Positions 1-9,626 of a stretch of DNA of 64,000 bases are shown here, in pieces; position 1 is the first letter of the stretch; each line of letters opens with the position of its first letter. The notes below the pieces were generated by a model. The model was not told the origin of the DNA and did not search any database. It was given only the letters and a program-made list of their open reading frames with translations. Both the position numbers and the translations under genes were made by a program. This DNA comes from an uncultured Phycisphaeraceae bacterium (GTDB lineage Bacteria > Planctomycetota > Phycisphaerae > Phycisphaerales > UBA1924). The DNA lies in NCBI GenBank assembly GCA_964588385.1, contig CAZPPG010000016.1:1060-65059 (forward strand). The letters run 5' to 3'.

Positions 1-227
1 ATCGCGAACGAGTGGCGCTCGCGTGCGAGCGCCTCCAGGCCCTCGGGAACGATCGCGCCGACGATGCGCACGGCTCGCGACCATCGCTCCAGTGTTGTGT
101 TGACGCCGGTCCGGACGTCAAACGAAGCCCGCAGCTCGTTCAGCGGCGCGAGCAGCGCGGGCCCGGAAGTGCCGACTGGTGAGCCCTGAACCGCCACGTC
201 CGTATCAATCAGGATCGCGTGTCTCAT
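1..227 (-). CDS. hypothetical protein, N-terminal fragment (gene runs off left edge); possibly sugar-nucleotidyltransferase-like
   Basis: Own translation of the minus strand from ATG 227-225: MRHAILIDTDVAVQGSPVGTSGPALLAPLNELRASFDVRTGVNTTLERWSRAVRIVGAIVPEGLEALARERHSFA. It stays open to the window edge, so it is absent from the ORF track. The function guess rests only on weak resemblance. Confidence 0.4.
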   Translation of the reverse strand, partial: MRHAILIDTDVAVQGSPVGTSGPALLAPLNELRASFDVRTGVNTTLERWSRAVRIVGAIVPEGLEALARERHSFA

Positions 228-235
228 CGTGAGCA

Positions 236-973
236 GTGTACGGGATCCGGATGCTCTGCTGCCGCTACGCTTGGCCCGTGCGTGAACCCCCTCCATTGCG
301 GGCCGTGATCTTTGACTTCGACGGGACGCTCGTCGATTCCGAGCCGGTCCACGCCCTGGCCACGCGCGCGGGCCTCGCCGCGGCGGATATTGACCTGACG
401 GTCGAAGAGTTCCTGGCCCGCTGGGTGGGTTTGCCCGACATGGATTGTTACCTCCAGGTCGCCCGCGATCGCGCCCGCACGCTCGATCCTGACACGCTGA
501 ACCAAGTCCGCCGGGTCAAGAACGACACCTACGAGCGTCTGGTCCTTGAGGGCCATGTCCCGCTCTGCGCGGGCGCCCAAGCGTTGGTCCCGTCCCTTGC
601 GCAGGACCTCTCGCTCGCGGTCTGCAGCGCGGCCCGGCGCATCGAGATTGAGGCGGCTCTCGTCCACCACGGCCTCCGCCGCTTCTTTCAATCCATCATC
701 GCGGTTGAAGATGTCCGGAGCAGCAAGCCCCACCCCGAGGGCTACCTTCGGGCCGCGACACTGCTCAGCGCCGACCCGGCCACGTGTGTCGCGCTCGAGG
801 ACACGCCCCGGGGCATCGAGGCCGCGCTCGGCGCGGGAATGGCGGTGATAGGGATCGCGCAGACGGTTCCTGCCGAACGGCTCGATGCCGCGTCGATCGT
901 GGTCTCTCGGCTCTCCGAGGTCCGGCGCGAAACACTGCTGAGCGCGCTCGCGCGGCGCCGGGCCCAGTCGTGA
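236..973 (+). CDS. HAD-superfamily hydrolase (subfamily IA, beta-phosphoglucomutase/phosphatase-like)
   Basis: Motif I is VIFDFDGTLVDSE. A downstream SSKPHPEGY and ALEDTPRGIEAA fit HAD motifs III/IV. The track start 236 is GTG, only 9 nt from the divergent gene, so ATG 251 or GTG 278 is more likely. Confidence 0.85.
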   Translation: MYGIRMLCCRYAWPVREPPPLRAVIFDFDGTLVDSEPVHALATRAGLAAADIDLTVEEFLARWVGLPDMDCYLQVARDRARTLDPDTLNQVRRVKNDTYERLVLEGHVPLCAGAQALVPSLAQDLSLAVCSAARRIEIEAALVHHGLRRFFQSIIAVEDVRSSKPHPEGYLRAATLLSADPATCVALEDTPRGIEAALGAGMAVIGIAQTVPAERLDAASIVVSRLSEVRRETLLSALARRRAQS

Positions 974-985
974 GCATGCGTCTAC

Positions 986-1555
986 TCAGCCCCGCTTCAC
1001 ATAGCGGCGGGTGCCGGGCGTCTGCAATCCCATGAAGGGCGCGACGAAGAGGAGCCCCGGGGCCATCACCAGCCCGATCAGCCCGGTGTAGAGCGCGGAC
1101 GAGAGGCGGGCGAGCAACTGCGTCGTCGGGTCCCAGTTGATCGGTTCGGTATAGAAGGCGGTGTGCAGCGTGATGATCGCGACAACGACGACGTTGACCA
1201 CGATCGCCGCAGCTCCGGAGAGGAACGCCACGGTCAGCGGGTTGCGACGCATCATGATGCCGCGCAGCGTGAGGACCAGTTGCCCGGCGAGCAGGTACCC
1301 GAGGGCGTAGGGCCCGATCATGGTTGCGGCGCCGAAGTCGGTTCTCGGGATCTTCCAGGTCAGGTCGACCATGAGTCCCAGCAGCAGGCACGCCCAGAGT
1401 GAGGCCGATGACGAGGCGAACATCGCGACCACCACCGCGAGCGGCAGAACAAAGCTGGGCGCGATCGGTGTCGGCCCGAGTTGCAGCGCGGGCTTCAGGC
1501 CCGTCTCGAGCCCGAGCATCGCCCACGCCACAAGCGCGAACATCAGCCATCTCAT
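986..1555 (-). CDS. mreD: rod shape-determining protein MreD
   Basis: 189 aa, hydrophobic multi-TM protein. Its ATG overlaps the mreC stop (ATGA at 1552-1555). The call rests mainly on position in the mreB-mreC-mreD order and on size. Confidence 0.7.
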   Translation of the reverse strand: MRWLMFALVAWAMLGLETGLKPALQLGPTPIAPSFVLPLAVVVAMFASSSASLWACLLLGLMVDLTWKIPRTDFGAATMIGPYALGYLLAGQLVLTLRGIMMRRNPLTVAFLSGAAAIVVNVVVVAIITLHTAFYTEPINWDPTTQLLARLSSALYTGLIGLVMAPGLLFVAPFMGLQTPGTRRYVKRG

Positions 1556-2427
1556 GGGCGGCCCTCCCCGCCCGGCGACAACCGCAGCACGACCTCGCCC
1601 ACGCGGTCCAGTCGCAGCGTCGGCCTCACCGTCACCACTGTCCTCAGCGGCTGGTTGGGGGCCGGCTCGGCGGTTTCGACCACGCCGATCAGGAGCATCT
1701 GTGCCGCCCGGGGCCAGGCGGAATCCTGCAGGAGCACGCGCATGCCCGGCTCGATCGCCCGGCGCGGCACGATCCCGCTCATGTCCTCGACGGGTCCGCT
1801 GAGCGTTCCCGCGCCGGTCGGCTTCAGCAGGCAGGTGGGCCCGATGCTGGTGGCGTCCAGCAGGATCATCCCGGTGATCGATCCCGTTCCCGGATCGGTG
1901 ATGGGGAAGACATCACACAGGCGCTCGGCGACATCCTGGACGCGCCCGACAAGCTGCACGCCCGCCGTGGTCGCGATCGCGCCGCGGTCAACCCCCGACG
2001 CTCGTCCGGCGCGCACACGCAGCACCGTGCTGGAGCGGTCGCTGGACGACGCGATGACCGGTGCGACCAACTGCCTGACCTTTGCCTCGGGATAGAGCGC
2101 GGCGCCGGCCTGCAGGTCCGCGATCAGGCCGCGCAGGCGCGCGACCTCCTCCCGCTCAACCCGATAGAGGCGCAGGAGTTCTTCCCGCTCCTGCTCCAGT
2201 CGCCTGATCTGTTCGGGCTGGGCGCTGCGGGGCGTGGCCGGGGCGAGCCAACGCGCGATTCGGGCCGAGGGGTCGCTGACCGGGGCGACGAGTGTGGCGA
2301 GCAGGTCGCCGAACCATCCGGCCCACGCGGTCATGCGAAGGGGCAGAAGACCCATGACAAGCAGCACCAGGATCGACCCGGCGAGCAATCGCCTCGACGG
2401 CTTTGTCTGCTGCGTCATCTGCGCCAT
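1552..2427 (-). CDS. mreC: rod shape-determining protein MreC
   Basis: 291 aa. N-terminal TM helix (LLAGSILVLLVMGLLPL), coiled-coil stretch (IRRLEQEREELLRLYRVEREEVARLRGLIADL), then a beta-rich C-terminal region. Located between mreB and mreD. Confidence 0.8.
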   Translation of the reverse strand: MAQMTQQTKPSRRLLAGSILVLLVMGLLPLRMTAWAGWFGDLLATLVAPVSDPSARIARWLAPATPRSAQPEQIRRLEQEREELLRLYRVEREEVARLRGLIADLQAGAALYPEAKVRQLVAPVIASSSDRSSTVLRVRAGRASGVDRGAIATTAGVQLVGRVQDVAERLCDVFPITDPGTGSITGMILLDATSIGPTCLLKPTGAGTLSGPVEDMSGIVPRRAIEPGMRVLLQDSAWPRAAQMLLIGVVETAEPAPNQPLRTVVTVRPTLRLDRVGEVVLRLSPGGEGRP

Positions 2428-2479
2428 GGTGGGTCAGTTGCAAGAGCCGGAACCGCTGGCGGGCCGGGTCACCGAGTTC

Positions 2480-3568
2480 TCAGATTGAGACATCGTTCTC
2501 GAGCGTGTCCTTCCACTCCTCGAAGTTCTCCAGGAAGATGCACGTGCCCCTGGCCACGCACGTCAGGGGGTCGTCCGCGAGCCGCACGCCGAGTCCCGTG
2601 GCCTTCGACAACACCTTGTCGAGCCCGCGGAGCAGCGCGCCGCCGCCGGCCAGGGCGATGCCGTTCTCGACGAGGTCCGCCGAAAGCTCCGGCTCGGCCC
2701 GTTCGAGCGTCCGCGTGACGGCCTCGGTGATCGCGCCCACCGGTTCGCTGAGGGCCTCGCGCACCTCATCGGAGGTGATGACGGTCTTGCGGGGCAGGCC
2801 CGAGATCATGTCCCGGCCGCGGACCTCCATGGAGGCGGGCTCGCCGGCGGGCGCGGCGGATCCGATCTCGATCTTGATGCGCTCGGCCGACTGCTCGCCG
2901 ATCATCATGTTGTAAGCGCGCTTCATGTGGTTGATGATGGCTTCATCCAGGTCGTCGCCTGCGACGCGCACCGATTCGCAGACCGCGATGTCCGCCAGCG
3001 ACAGGATCGCCACCTCGGTGGTGCCGCCGCCGATGTCGACGATCATCGACGCCGTCGCCTCGGCGACAGGCAGCCCCGCACCGATCGCCGCGGCGAGCGG
3101 CTCTTCGATCAGGTAGGTCATCCGCGCTCCTGCCCGCATGGAGGAGTCAAAGACGGCCCGCTTCTCGACAGCCGTGATGCCCGACGGAATCGAGATCACC
3201 ACCCGCGGCCCGAAGATTCTCGACTTTCCGTTCACCTTATTGATGAAGTACTTGAGCATCGCCTCGGTGATCTCAAAGTCGGAGATCACGCCGTCCTTGA
3301 GCGGTCGGATGGCCGTGATGGAGCCGGGCGTCTTGCCCAGCATCTCCTTGGCCATCCAGCCCACGGCCTGGCCGTCCTTGAGCACCTGATTCGTGCCCTT
3401 CTTGACGGCCACCACCGATGGCTCATTGAGAACGATGCCCTGTCCCCGTACGGAGACGAGCGTGTTGCACGTGCCCAGGTCGATGCCCATATCGACACTG
3501 AACAGTCCCATGATCCGGTCCATCCACATGGGCTGATCTTCCAGTCGCCGGAGCATCGTCCGGTCCAA
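2480..3568 (-). CDS. mreB: rod shape-determining actin homolog MreB
   Basis: Actin-fold motifs DMGIDLGTCNTLV, IVDIGGGTTEVA and IALAGGGALLRGLD, with full-length MreB likeness. The track start 3568 is TTG. ATG codons at 3529, 3523 or 3511 (MGLFSVDMGIDLG) are more plausible starts. Confidence 0.95.
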   Translation of the reverse strand: MDRTMLRRLEDQPMWMDRIMGLFSVDMGIDLGTCNTLVSVRGQGIVLNEPSVVAVKKGTNQVLKDGQAVGWMAKEMLGKTPGSITAIRPLKDGVISDFEITEAMLKYFINKVNGKSRIFGPRVVISIPSGITAVEKRAVFDSSMRAGARMTYLIEEPLAAAIGAGLPVAEATASMIVDIGGGTTEVAILSLADIAVCESVRVAGDDLDEAIINHMKRAYNMMIGEQSAERIKIEIGSAAPAGEPASMEVRGRDMISGLPRKTVITSDEVREALSEPVGAITEAVTRTLERAEPELSADLVENGIALAGGGALLRGLDKVLSKATGLGVRLADDPLTCVARGTCIFLENFEEWKDTLENDVSI

Positions 3569-3730
3569 ATTCCCGCCGCGCAGTCGGGCAGCCGTCCTGC
3601 AACCCGATCCCGCCGGCCCACAGATTATCGGCCATTCGACCGTTTGACCACATTCCCCTTACTTATCCCTGAACTCCTTCCCTCTGAAACGGCCCGCTTC
3701 GACACCCCGGCCGACCCTCCATGCTCCACC

Positions 3731-3771
3731 AAGACGAAAGCCGCACGCGCCATCGGGGTGGCACGTGCGGC
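3731..3771 (-). terminator. candidate intrinsic terminator after the PspA-like gene
   Basis: 8-bp stem GCCGCACG/CGTGCGGC (3740-3747 with 3764-3771). On the minus strand it is followed by TTTCGTCTT. It lies about 55 nt downstream of the stop at 3827. Confidence 0.45.
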
Positions 3772-3826
3772 ACGCGGAGATTGGTTCTTCGCGGGGGCTG
3801 ACCGGCCGTTCTGAGCCGGGTCCCGC

Positions 3827-4768
3827 TCAGTCGGTGCGGGCGATCTGGTTGGGATCGACCTTGGCCGTCTTGGGCTCGGGGGTGATCTCCAGCACCGGGG
3901 GCTGGATTTCGATCTGCGTCGGCCGGATCAGGCCCGGACGCGCCGACTCGATATCCAACTGGTGCTTGGCGCGCTGCTCGTAGCTGGAAGCCCCGCCCGC
4001 GGTCGCCAGGCGCTGGAGTTCGGCCTCCTGGCGAGCCCTGATGTCCGCCATTTTGCCGGTGAGCTGGTCCAGCGACGCGACCTCGAAGCGGTCGATGCTG
4101 TCCAGCGTCTCCTGACGCTTGGACATGAGCTCGATCATGCGGTCGTTGCGGCTGATGGCGTCGACCTGGCGGTCCAGTGACCAGAGCTGCGACTGGAAGT
4201 CCGCGCGCTCGGTTTCGAGCTGCGTGAGCAGGGTCGAGAGGCGGTCGCGCTGCTGGGTGAGCAGGCCGAGGTCACGCTCGATGTCGGCCGCCCGGGCCGC
4301 GTAGGCGGAGCGCGACTGGCTGATGGTGTTGGCCTTGGAATAGGCCTCTTCCATGTCCATGGACTGGTTGTCGACGCGGACGCGGATGACGTGTCCGACG
4401 TTCTGGACGCGGGCTTCCTCGGCCTTGGCAAGGAGGCCCTGGACCTGGATGAGATCCTCGTCGGCAAGTGCGACGACGCGCTGGCTGACGGCCAGCTCAC
4501 GGTTCAACTGGGTGAACTGGGCCTCCAGTTCGGCCAGATCGCCTCGGACATCGGCGATCTTCTGGGGATACTGCCCCTCCAGCTCGCGGAGCTGGGCGCG
4601 AAGGGCGATGGGATCCTCAATGTGCTTGTCGATGCTTGAGTTGATCTTCTGCTTGGTCTGCTGGAAGACCGCCGCGACGCGCTGCGGACCCGCAACGGCG
4701 ACGGCCGCGCCCCCGACCAGGGCAACGATGAGAGCGCTACGAACAAGGCAACGGGTGATGCACGGCAT
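3827..4768 (-). CDS. membrane-anchored coiled-coil protein, PspA/IM30-like
   Basis: ATG 4768 has GGAGG 8 nt upstream and yields MPCITRCLVRSALIVALVGGAAVAVAG (anchor/signal). The rest is heptad-rich. IDKHIEDPIALRAQLRELEGQ resembles the N-terminal EDP helix of PspA. The longer track ORF (to 4963) looks like an artefactual extension. Confidence 0.6.
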   Translation of the reverse strand: MPCITRCLVRSALIVALVGGAAVAVAGPQRVAAVFQQTKQKINSSIDKHIEDPIALRAQLRELEGQYPQKIADVRGDLAELEAQFTQLNRELAVSQRVVALADEDLIQVQGLLAKAEEARVQNVGHVIRVRVDNQSMDMEEAYSKANTISQSRSAYAARAADIERDLGLLTQQRDRLSTLLTQLETERADFQSQLWSLDRQVDAISRNDRMIELMSKRQETLDSIDRFEVASLDQLTGKMADIRARQEAELQRLATAGGASSYEQRAKHQLDIESARPGLIRPTQIEIQPPVLEITPEPKTAKVDPNQIARTD

Positions 4769-5028
4769 GATGGGGCCTCCAATAGGACCCGTCCTTGCAG
4801 GGACGGGGGCGTGCGGTGTTTGGCCTGACGGGACGAGTAGTTGGGAGCGGCCCTCCCGCTCTTTCACGCCTTTCCGCGGGAACCGCCCATATCCTTTGGT
4901 TGTTCGGGGATTGGGGAAGTCTGGGGATCGAGCCGGGGCGAAACCCGGCCCGCGTCTCCCCAAACAAGGCGGCGATCGCGTGTCGATTCGGGGACGCTGT
5001 GCGTGCGCGATCGCGGAGGTGCTCGGGA

Positions 5029-5784
5029 ATGCTCAGTTCGCTCACGACCGGCTTCGTCGCCCGCCTTCGCGCCAACGACCAGGCCGCGTGGTTTGAGCTC
5101 TGGCAGACGTTCGGGCCCGTGATCCGCGCCCAGCTCTCCAAGTGGGGCAAGGGCCAGATCGGTTCGCAGACCGTGCAGGACCTGTCGCAGGAGACTCTGG
5201 CCGCGCTCTCGGATTCCATCGATCGCTTCGATCCCACGCGCGGCGCGAGGTTCTCCACCTGGCTCCTGGCCATCGCCAAGCACGTTCTGGGCGACGAGAT
5301 GGACCGGCGAAACGCTCAGAAACGCGGCGGCAACCGGCGCGCCGCCGAACTCGACGAACGCTGGATGGCCGGCAAGTTCGAGGGCGTGGACGAGGCGTAC
5401 GAGGCCGCCGTCTTCCGCGCCAAGGTTGAGGCCGCCATCCGCATGGTCGAGAGAGAATCAGACTTCACCGACTTTGCCATCTATCGCATGCGCGTCCTCG
5501 ACGGCGCGAGCGGCAAGGACGTGGCTTCCTCCCTGGGCCTCTCCGAGCCCACCATCAGCCGACGCCTGGCGAAGGTTCGCGACCTTCTGCGCAAGCGCGT
5601 CGCGCAGGTCGTCGCCACCTATTCCTTCACGGCGGAGGAGCTGGCCGAAGTTGAGCGAAACGGACTCGAACCCAATCCGACTAAGGCCGACGACGCCCTC
5701 TTTGACGAGAGCGTCGCCGAGATCTACCACCGCCAGATGGACCTCAGGCGACGCGACGAGGAAACAGCCCGCATGGGCGGCTGA
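5029..5784 (+). CDS. ECF-type RNA polymerase sigma-70 family factor with C-terminal extension
   Basis: From ATG 5029 (MLSSLTTGFVARL). Region 2 reads QETLAALSDSIDRFDPTRGARFSTWLLAIAKH. The region 4 HTH reads ASSLGLSEPTISRRLAKVRDLLRKR. About 70 extra C-terminal residues follow. Confidence 0.85.
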   Translation: MLSSLTTGFVARLRANDQAAWFELWQTFGPVIRAQLSKWGKGQIGSQTVQDLSQETLAALSDSIDRFDPTRGARFSTWLLAIAKHVLGDEMDRRNAQKRGGNRRAAELDERWMAGKFEGVDEAYEAAVFRAKVEAAIRMVERESDFTDFAIYRMRVLDGASGKDVASSLGLSEPTISRRLAKVRDLLRKRVAQVVATYSFTAEELAEVERNGLEPNPTKADDALFDESVAEIYHRQMDLRRRDEETARMGG

Positions 5785-5849
5785 GTGGGGGGAGGGCGGA
5801 CGGGCCCGCACGACTTCGCAAAGGTCGGGCCCGACCGGGAGCAGCAGCA

Positions 5850-8525
5850 ATGGGAAGCGCCGTCGGCATCATCTTCATCATCCTCGGCGTGCTGGTCGGT
5901 GTTGTCATCGCCGCCGTGCTCGTCATGTATCTCGTTGTGCCCCTCTTCAAGGCAATCGGCTGGATCTTCACCCGCATCTTCGGTTTCATCGGCGGCGAGA
6001 TCGCCGACCTTGCCCGGCTCATCGGCGCCCTTATCACATCCGTCATCTTTCTTCCGCTCATCCTCGGCACCGTCGTCATCGGACGCTGGTCCGCGTCCGC
6101 GCACTTCGGGCGCGCGTTCCAGCGCGAGCTGGCCACCATGGGCGGGTGTCTGTACCGCATGTTCCTCGGGCACCCAGCCCGACTCTTCGGCCTCGCGCCG
6201 CTTACCGAGGGGCTTGAGCACCGCATCCCGGAGGTTGTCCGTGCCGCGCCGGGCTCCGACAAGCCGGCAGGACGCGCCGGGCAGTTCGAGGGCTACAAGA
6301 TCATCGGCTCGCTCATGGGGGGCGGCTCCGGGGCGAAGCTCTATATCGCGGAGCCCGACGCCATCAAGCGCGCCACGTTCGAGCGCCAGGGCTTCGGCGA
6401 CGTCGGACGCGTGGTCATCAAGGTGTTCTCTATCCGTGACGGCAGCACGCTCCCGCAGATCGTGCGCGAGAGCCGCGCTCTGGATGCCGCTCGCAGGCTC
6501 GGCTTCGTCCTTGATCACGATCTGACGCCAGAACGCTTCTTCTACATCACGCGCTATGTTCCCGGCGAGTCGCTCGGACTTGTCACGCAGCAGTTGCACG
6601 CGTCGGGCTCCACCGGCTTGGGCGCGAAGGAGCTCTCGAAGGCGATGAAGTATGTCGCCGACCTCCTCGCCACGCTCGACGCCTACCACAGGGGCGGCCT
6701 CTGGCACAAGGACGTGAAGCCCGACAACATCATCGTGCACGACGACACGGCGCACCTGGTTGACCTCGGCCTCGTCACGCCCCTGCGTTCGGCGATGACG
6801 CTGACCACGCACGGGACGGAGTATTTCCGCGATCCGGAGATGGTCCGCATGGCGCTGAAGGGCGCGAAGGTCCACCAGGTGGACGGCGCCAAGTTCGATG
6901 TGTTCGCCGTCGGCGCGGTTCTCTACTCCGTCATTGAGAACTCGTTCCCTGCCCACGGTGGACTCAGCCAGATCACCAAGCGCTGCCCCGAGTCCCTCCG
7001 CTGGATCGTTCGTCGCGCCATGGCCGATTACGACAAGCGTTATCCCACGGCCAGCGACATGCTCGCGGATCTCGCCGCGCTCCGCGCCGCATCCGACCCC
7101 TTTGCGCTCAGGCCCGCGGACCTTCCCAGCGTTCGCGGCGGGAACGTCGAGCAGCCGCCCCTGCCCCACGCCGACGCCGCGCCCTTCGTCGATGCGGCAC
7201 GCGCTGCGCACGCAGCCTCCGCGGTTCCCCCCCACACGCCTCATGCCCCACATGCTCCCGCCGGTGCGGAGCCGGCCGCACCATCCGCGGCGCCTCCCCC
7301 CGCCTCAGCGCGCACGCGCACACGCCCGCAACTGGTCGTCACCGACTGGTTCAAGGGCCGGTACCGCGTCTCCGGCGAAGAAGCGGTCGCGGCGTCTCCC
7401 TCCGCCCCGAACCCGGGCGCGAGCGGCGCTCGGGCCGCCGCTGCCGCCGCGATGGCCAACGCCGCCGAAGCGATGAACCGCGCCGCCGAGCGATTCGGCT
7501 CCCCGCGAGGCGCTGCGGCGGCTGGTTCCGTTGACCCGCGCGTCGCTCGGGCCGGCTCCCCCGATCCCCACGCGGTCCCTCACGCGCCCTCTCCGGCCCG
7601 AACCCACGCACAGGCCCAACGCGTCCGCGCGATTCCCGATCCGGGCCGCCGCACCGCGCAGGAGCAGCTCCGCTCCGCCCGTGAGAGAGCCGCCGCGGCT
7701 CGCGAGCGAGCTCGCGCCCGCATGTCCGGCCGTCAGAACCCCCGTGCGCACCGGACCGCTCGCGTTGCAGGCGTCAACTCCGGCCTGTCGACCGCCGTCT
7801 TCGGCTTCATCGGCGTCTGCGTCCTCGTCGCGGGGGGCGTGGTGGTCGGCTCGCTTCTCCGGGGCACATCCATCACACCCCAGGGCCCGCGCCTGGTGAT
7901 CGGTGAGGATCCCGCGCTCCTGCCCAACCTCTCACAAAGTCTGTCGGAAGGTGATCCCGTGGCGATTCCTGCCGCTGCGAACTCCGACGACATCGTCAAC
8001 GCCCGGATCGCCGACGCCATGGAGACCGCATCCACTCGCATCATCGAGCTCCAGCAGGTCTTCCGCGAAGCCAGCGAGCTGGCCAGCGTCGCCGCTCAAT
8101 CCCCCGGCGGGACCGTCATCGTGCTCACCGATGTGCTGCCTCCCATGTCGCGCGGCGCCCGCGCTGCCATCGAAGCCGCGACCGCGCGCATGATGGCCTT
8201 CGGCTTCACCCTCGTCGGCAACGTCCCCGGCATTGATGTCGAGGGCGAAGAGATCGATCGCCAGAACGACATCCTCGCCCGCCTCCGCGCCGCCCGTGGC
8301 CAGGTCCCCCTGGGTTCCGACGACGCGACACGCATCTTCCAGCAGTTCCTGGCCGCGAATCCCGAGCATGGCGACGCCATCGTCTGGATCGCGCCCGGTG
8401 AGGATCGCGACGAACCGACCTTCTACCTCGTCGTCCGCAGCGAGACGGGTGAGAGCGGCGTCCGGGCCGATCGCATCCGGCGAACGCTCAGGACGGCCCT
8501 TGAGCACACCGCGCCCCAGTTCTAG
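5850..8525 (+). CDS. membrane Ser/Thr protein kinase (Hanks type) with long low-complexity linker and C-terminal extracytoplasmic domain
   Basis: N-terminal TM helices, then G-loop GSLMGGGSGAKLY, catalytic loop HKDVKPDNIIV, DLG, and GTEYFRDPE. An Ala/Pro-rich segment spans about 7110-7770, followed by a TM helix (AVFGFIGVCVLVAGGVVVGSLL) and a ~220-aa C-terminal domain. Confidence 0.9.
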   Translation: MGSAVGIIFIILGVLVGVVIAAVLVMYLVVPLFKAIGWIFTRIFGFIGGEIADLARLIGALITSVIFLPLILGTVVIGRWSASAHFGRAFQRELATMGGCLYRMFLGHPARLFGLAPLTEGLEHRIPEVVRAAPGSDKPAGRAGQFEGYKIIGSLMGGGSGAKLYIAEPDAIKRATFERQGFGDVGRVVIKVFSIRDGSTLPQIVRESRALDAARRLGFVLDHDLTPERFFYITRYVPGESLGLVTQQLHASGSTGLGAKELSKAMKYVADLLATLDAYHRGGLWHKDVKPDNIIVHDDTAHLVDLGLVTPLRSAMTLTTHGTEYFRDPEMVRMALKGAKVHQVDGAKFDVFAVGAVLYSVIENSFPAHGGLSQITKRCPESLRWIVRRAMADYDKRYPTASDMLADLAALRAASDPFALRPADLPSVRGGNVEQPPLPHADAAPFVDAARAAHAASAVPPHTPHAPHAPAGAEPAAPSAAPPPASARTRTRPQLVVTDWFKGRYRVSGEEAVAASPSAPNPGASGARAAAAAAMANAAEAMNRAAERFGSPRGAAAAGSVDPRVARAGSPDPHAVPHAPSPARTHAQAQRVRAIPDPGRRTAQEQLRSARERAAAARERARARMSGRQNPRAHRTARVAGVNSGLSTAVFGFIGVCVLVAGGVVVGSLLRGTSITPQGPRLVIGEDPALLPNLSQSLSEGDPVAIPAAANSDDIVNARIADAMETASTRIIELQQVFREASELASVAAQSPGGTVIVLTDVLPPMSRGARAAIEAATARMMAFGFTLVGNVPGIDVEGEEIDRQNDILARLRAARGQVPLGSDDATRIFQQFLAANPEHGDAIVWIAPGEDRDEPTFYLVVRSETGESGVRADRIRRTLRTALEHTAPQF

Positions 8526-8546
8526 ATTCACGCTCGTGCGCGAGAT

Positions 8547-9578
8547 TCACGATGCCCGCGACACGCGCACCAGCGACTCCAGCGTACTCGCGGCCGCACC
8601 GGAATCAATCGCGTCGCAGGCGCGCTCCACGCCCTCCCGCATCGTCCCCGCCACACCCGCAACCATGAGCGCGGCCGCCGCGTTCAATGCCGTCGCCTCC
8701 CGGGGCCCGCCCCTCTTCCCCTCGAGCACGGCGCGGAACATGGCCCCGGCCTCGTCCAGCGTCGCCGCCTGAATATCCGCGATCGGGCGCCGGTCCAGCC
8801 CCGCATCCTCGGGTGTTATCGTCGCTTCGCGGATCGTGCCGCCCTCGACAATCGCCACCGCCGTCGGTGCGCACGGGGAGATCTCATCAAGCCCGTCCTC
8901 TGAATGCACCACCATCGCCCGCGTTGAGCCAAGCCGCGCCAGCGCCGACGCGATCGGACGGACGAGTTCGCGCCGGTACACACCCATCAACTGGTGCGTG
9001 GCTCCGGCGGGATTCGTCAGTGGGCCCAGCACGTTGAAGAGCGTCGGAACACCGAGCGAGGCCCGCGTCGCCGCCGCGTGTCTCATCGCCGGATGGTGGT
9101 GAATCGCGAAACAGAAGCAGACGCCTGCCTCGCGCAGGCATCGCGCCTGTCCCTGCACCGATGCGTCCACGTTTACACCCAGGTGCGAGAGCGCCTCGGC
9201 CGACCCTCTCCCGGATCGGCTGCGATTGCCGTGTTTCGCCACCACCACGCGCCCCGCGCCTGCGCTTCCCGCAACGATCGCCGCCGCCGTTGAGATGTTG
9301 AACGTTTTGGCCGTGCCGCCGGTGCCGCACGTGTCCAGCACCACCGTGCCCGGCGCCAATCCCTCCACGGGCACGCGCGTGACGTGGCGCCTCATCGCCC
9401 GGGCCGCGCCCACGATCTCATCGACGCTCGCGCCCCGCGACTGGATGAGCGCGAGAATCGCCGCCAGTTGCGCCGCATCCACCTCCCCGTGCAGCACCCG
9501 CTCAAACAGCCCGTCCGTCTCATGTTCCGAGAGCGAAGCGCCCGAGATCAAGCTCGCGATCACCACCCGTGCGTCCAT
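8547..9578 (-). CDS. trpD: anthranilate phosphoribosyltransferase
   Basis: 343 aa. Contains DTCGTGGTAKTFNISTAAAIV and VAKHGNRSRSGRGSAEAL. Full-length TrpD likeness. Confidence 0.95.
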   Translation of the reverse strand: MDARVVIASLISGASLSEHETDGLFERVLHGEVDAAQLAAILALIQSRGASVDEIVGAARAMRRHVTRVPVEGLAPGTVVLDTCGTGGTAKTFNISTAAAIVAGSAGAGRVVVAKHGNRSRSGRGSAEALSHLGVNVDASVQGQARCLREAGVCFCFAIHHHPAMRHAAATRASLGVPTLFNVLGPLTNPAGATHQLMGVYRRELVRPIASALARLGSTRAMVVHSEDGLDEISPCAPTAVAIVEGGTIREATITPEDAGLDRRPIADIQAATLDEAGAMFRAVLEGKRGGPREATALNAAAALMVAGVAGTMREGVERACDAIDSGAAASTLESLVRVSRAS

Positions 9579-9626
9579 GCCCCCACGATAGCGTCCGCGC
9601 CGGCCGCGGGTTCACTAGGATTGAGC

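Noticed and set aside
4843-4868. Terminator-like hairpin (GAGCGG-ccctc-CCGCTC followed by TTTCACGCCTTTCC) on the plus strand, inside the divergent region between the PspA-like gene and the first ECF sigma. A second hairpin lies at 4788-4807.
   Set aside because: No upstream plus-strand gene exists for it to terminate. It could be a leader structure, but I have no supporting evidence.
5724-7253. 509-aa minus-strand ORF, and similar long ORFs opposite or out of frame with real genes: 1399..2718 +, 10720..12804 +, 45030..46931 -, 49825..50931 -, 55628..57079 upstream part, 60016..62718 +.
   Set aside because: They overlap genes with clear family motifs. Their translations are Arg/Ala/Gly/Pro/Ser-rich with no domain-like patterns. 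This is expected from stop-codon scarcity in high-GC DNA.
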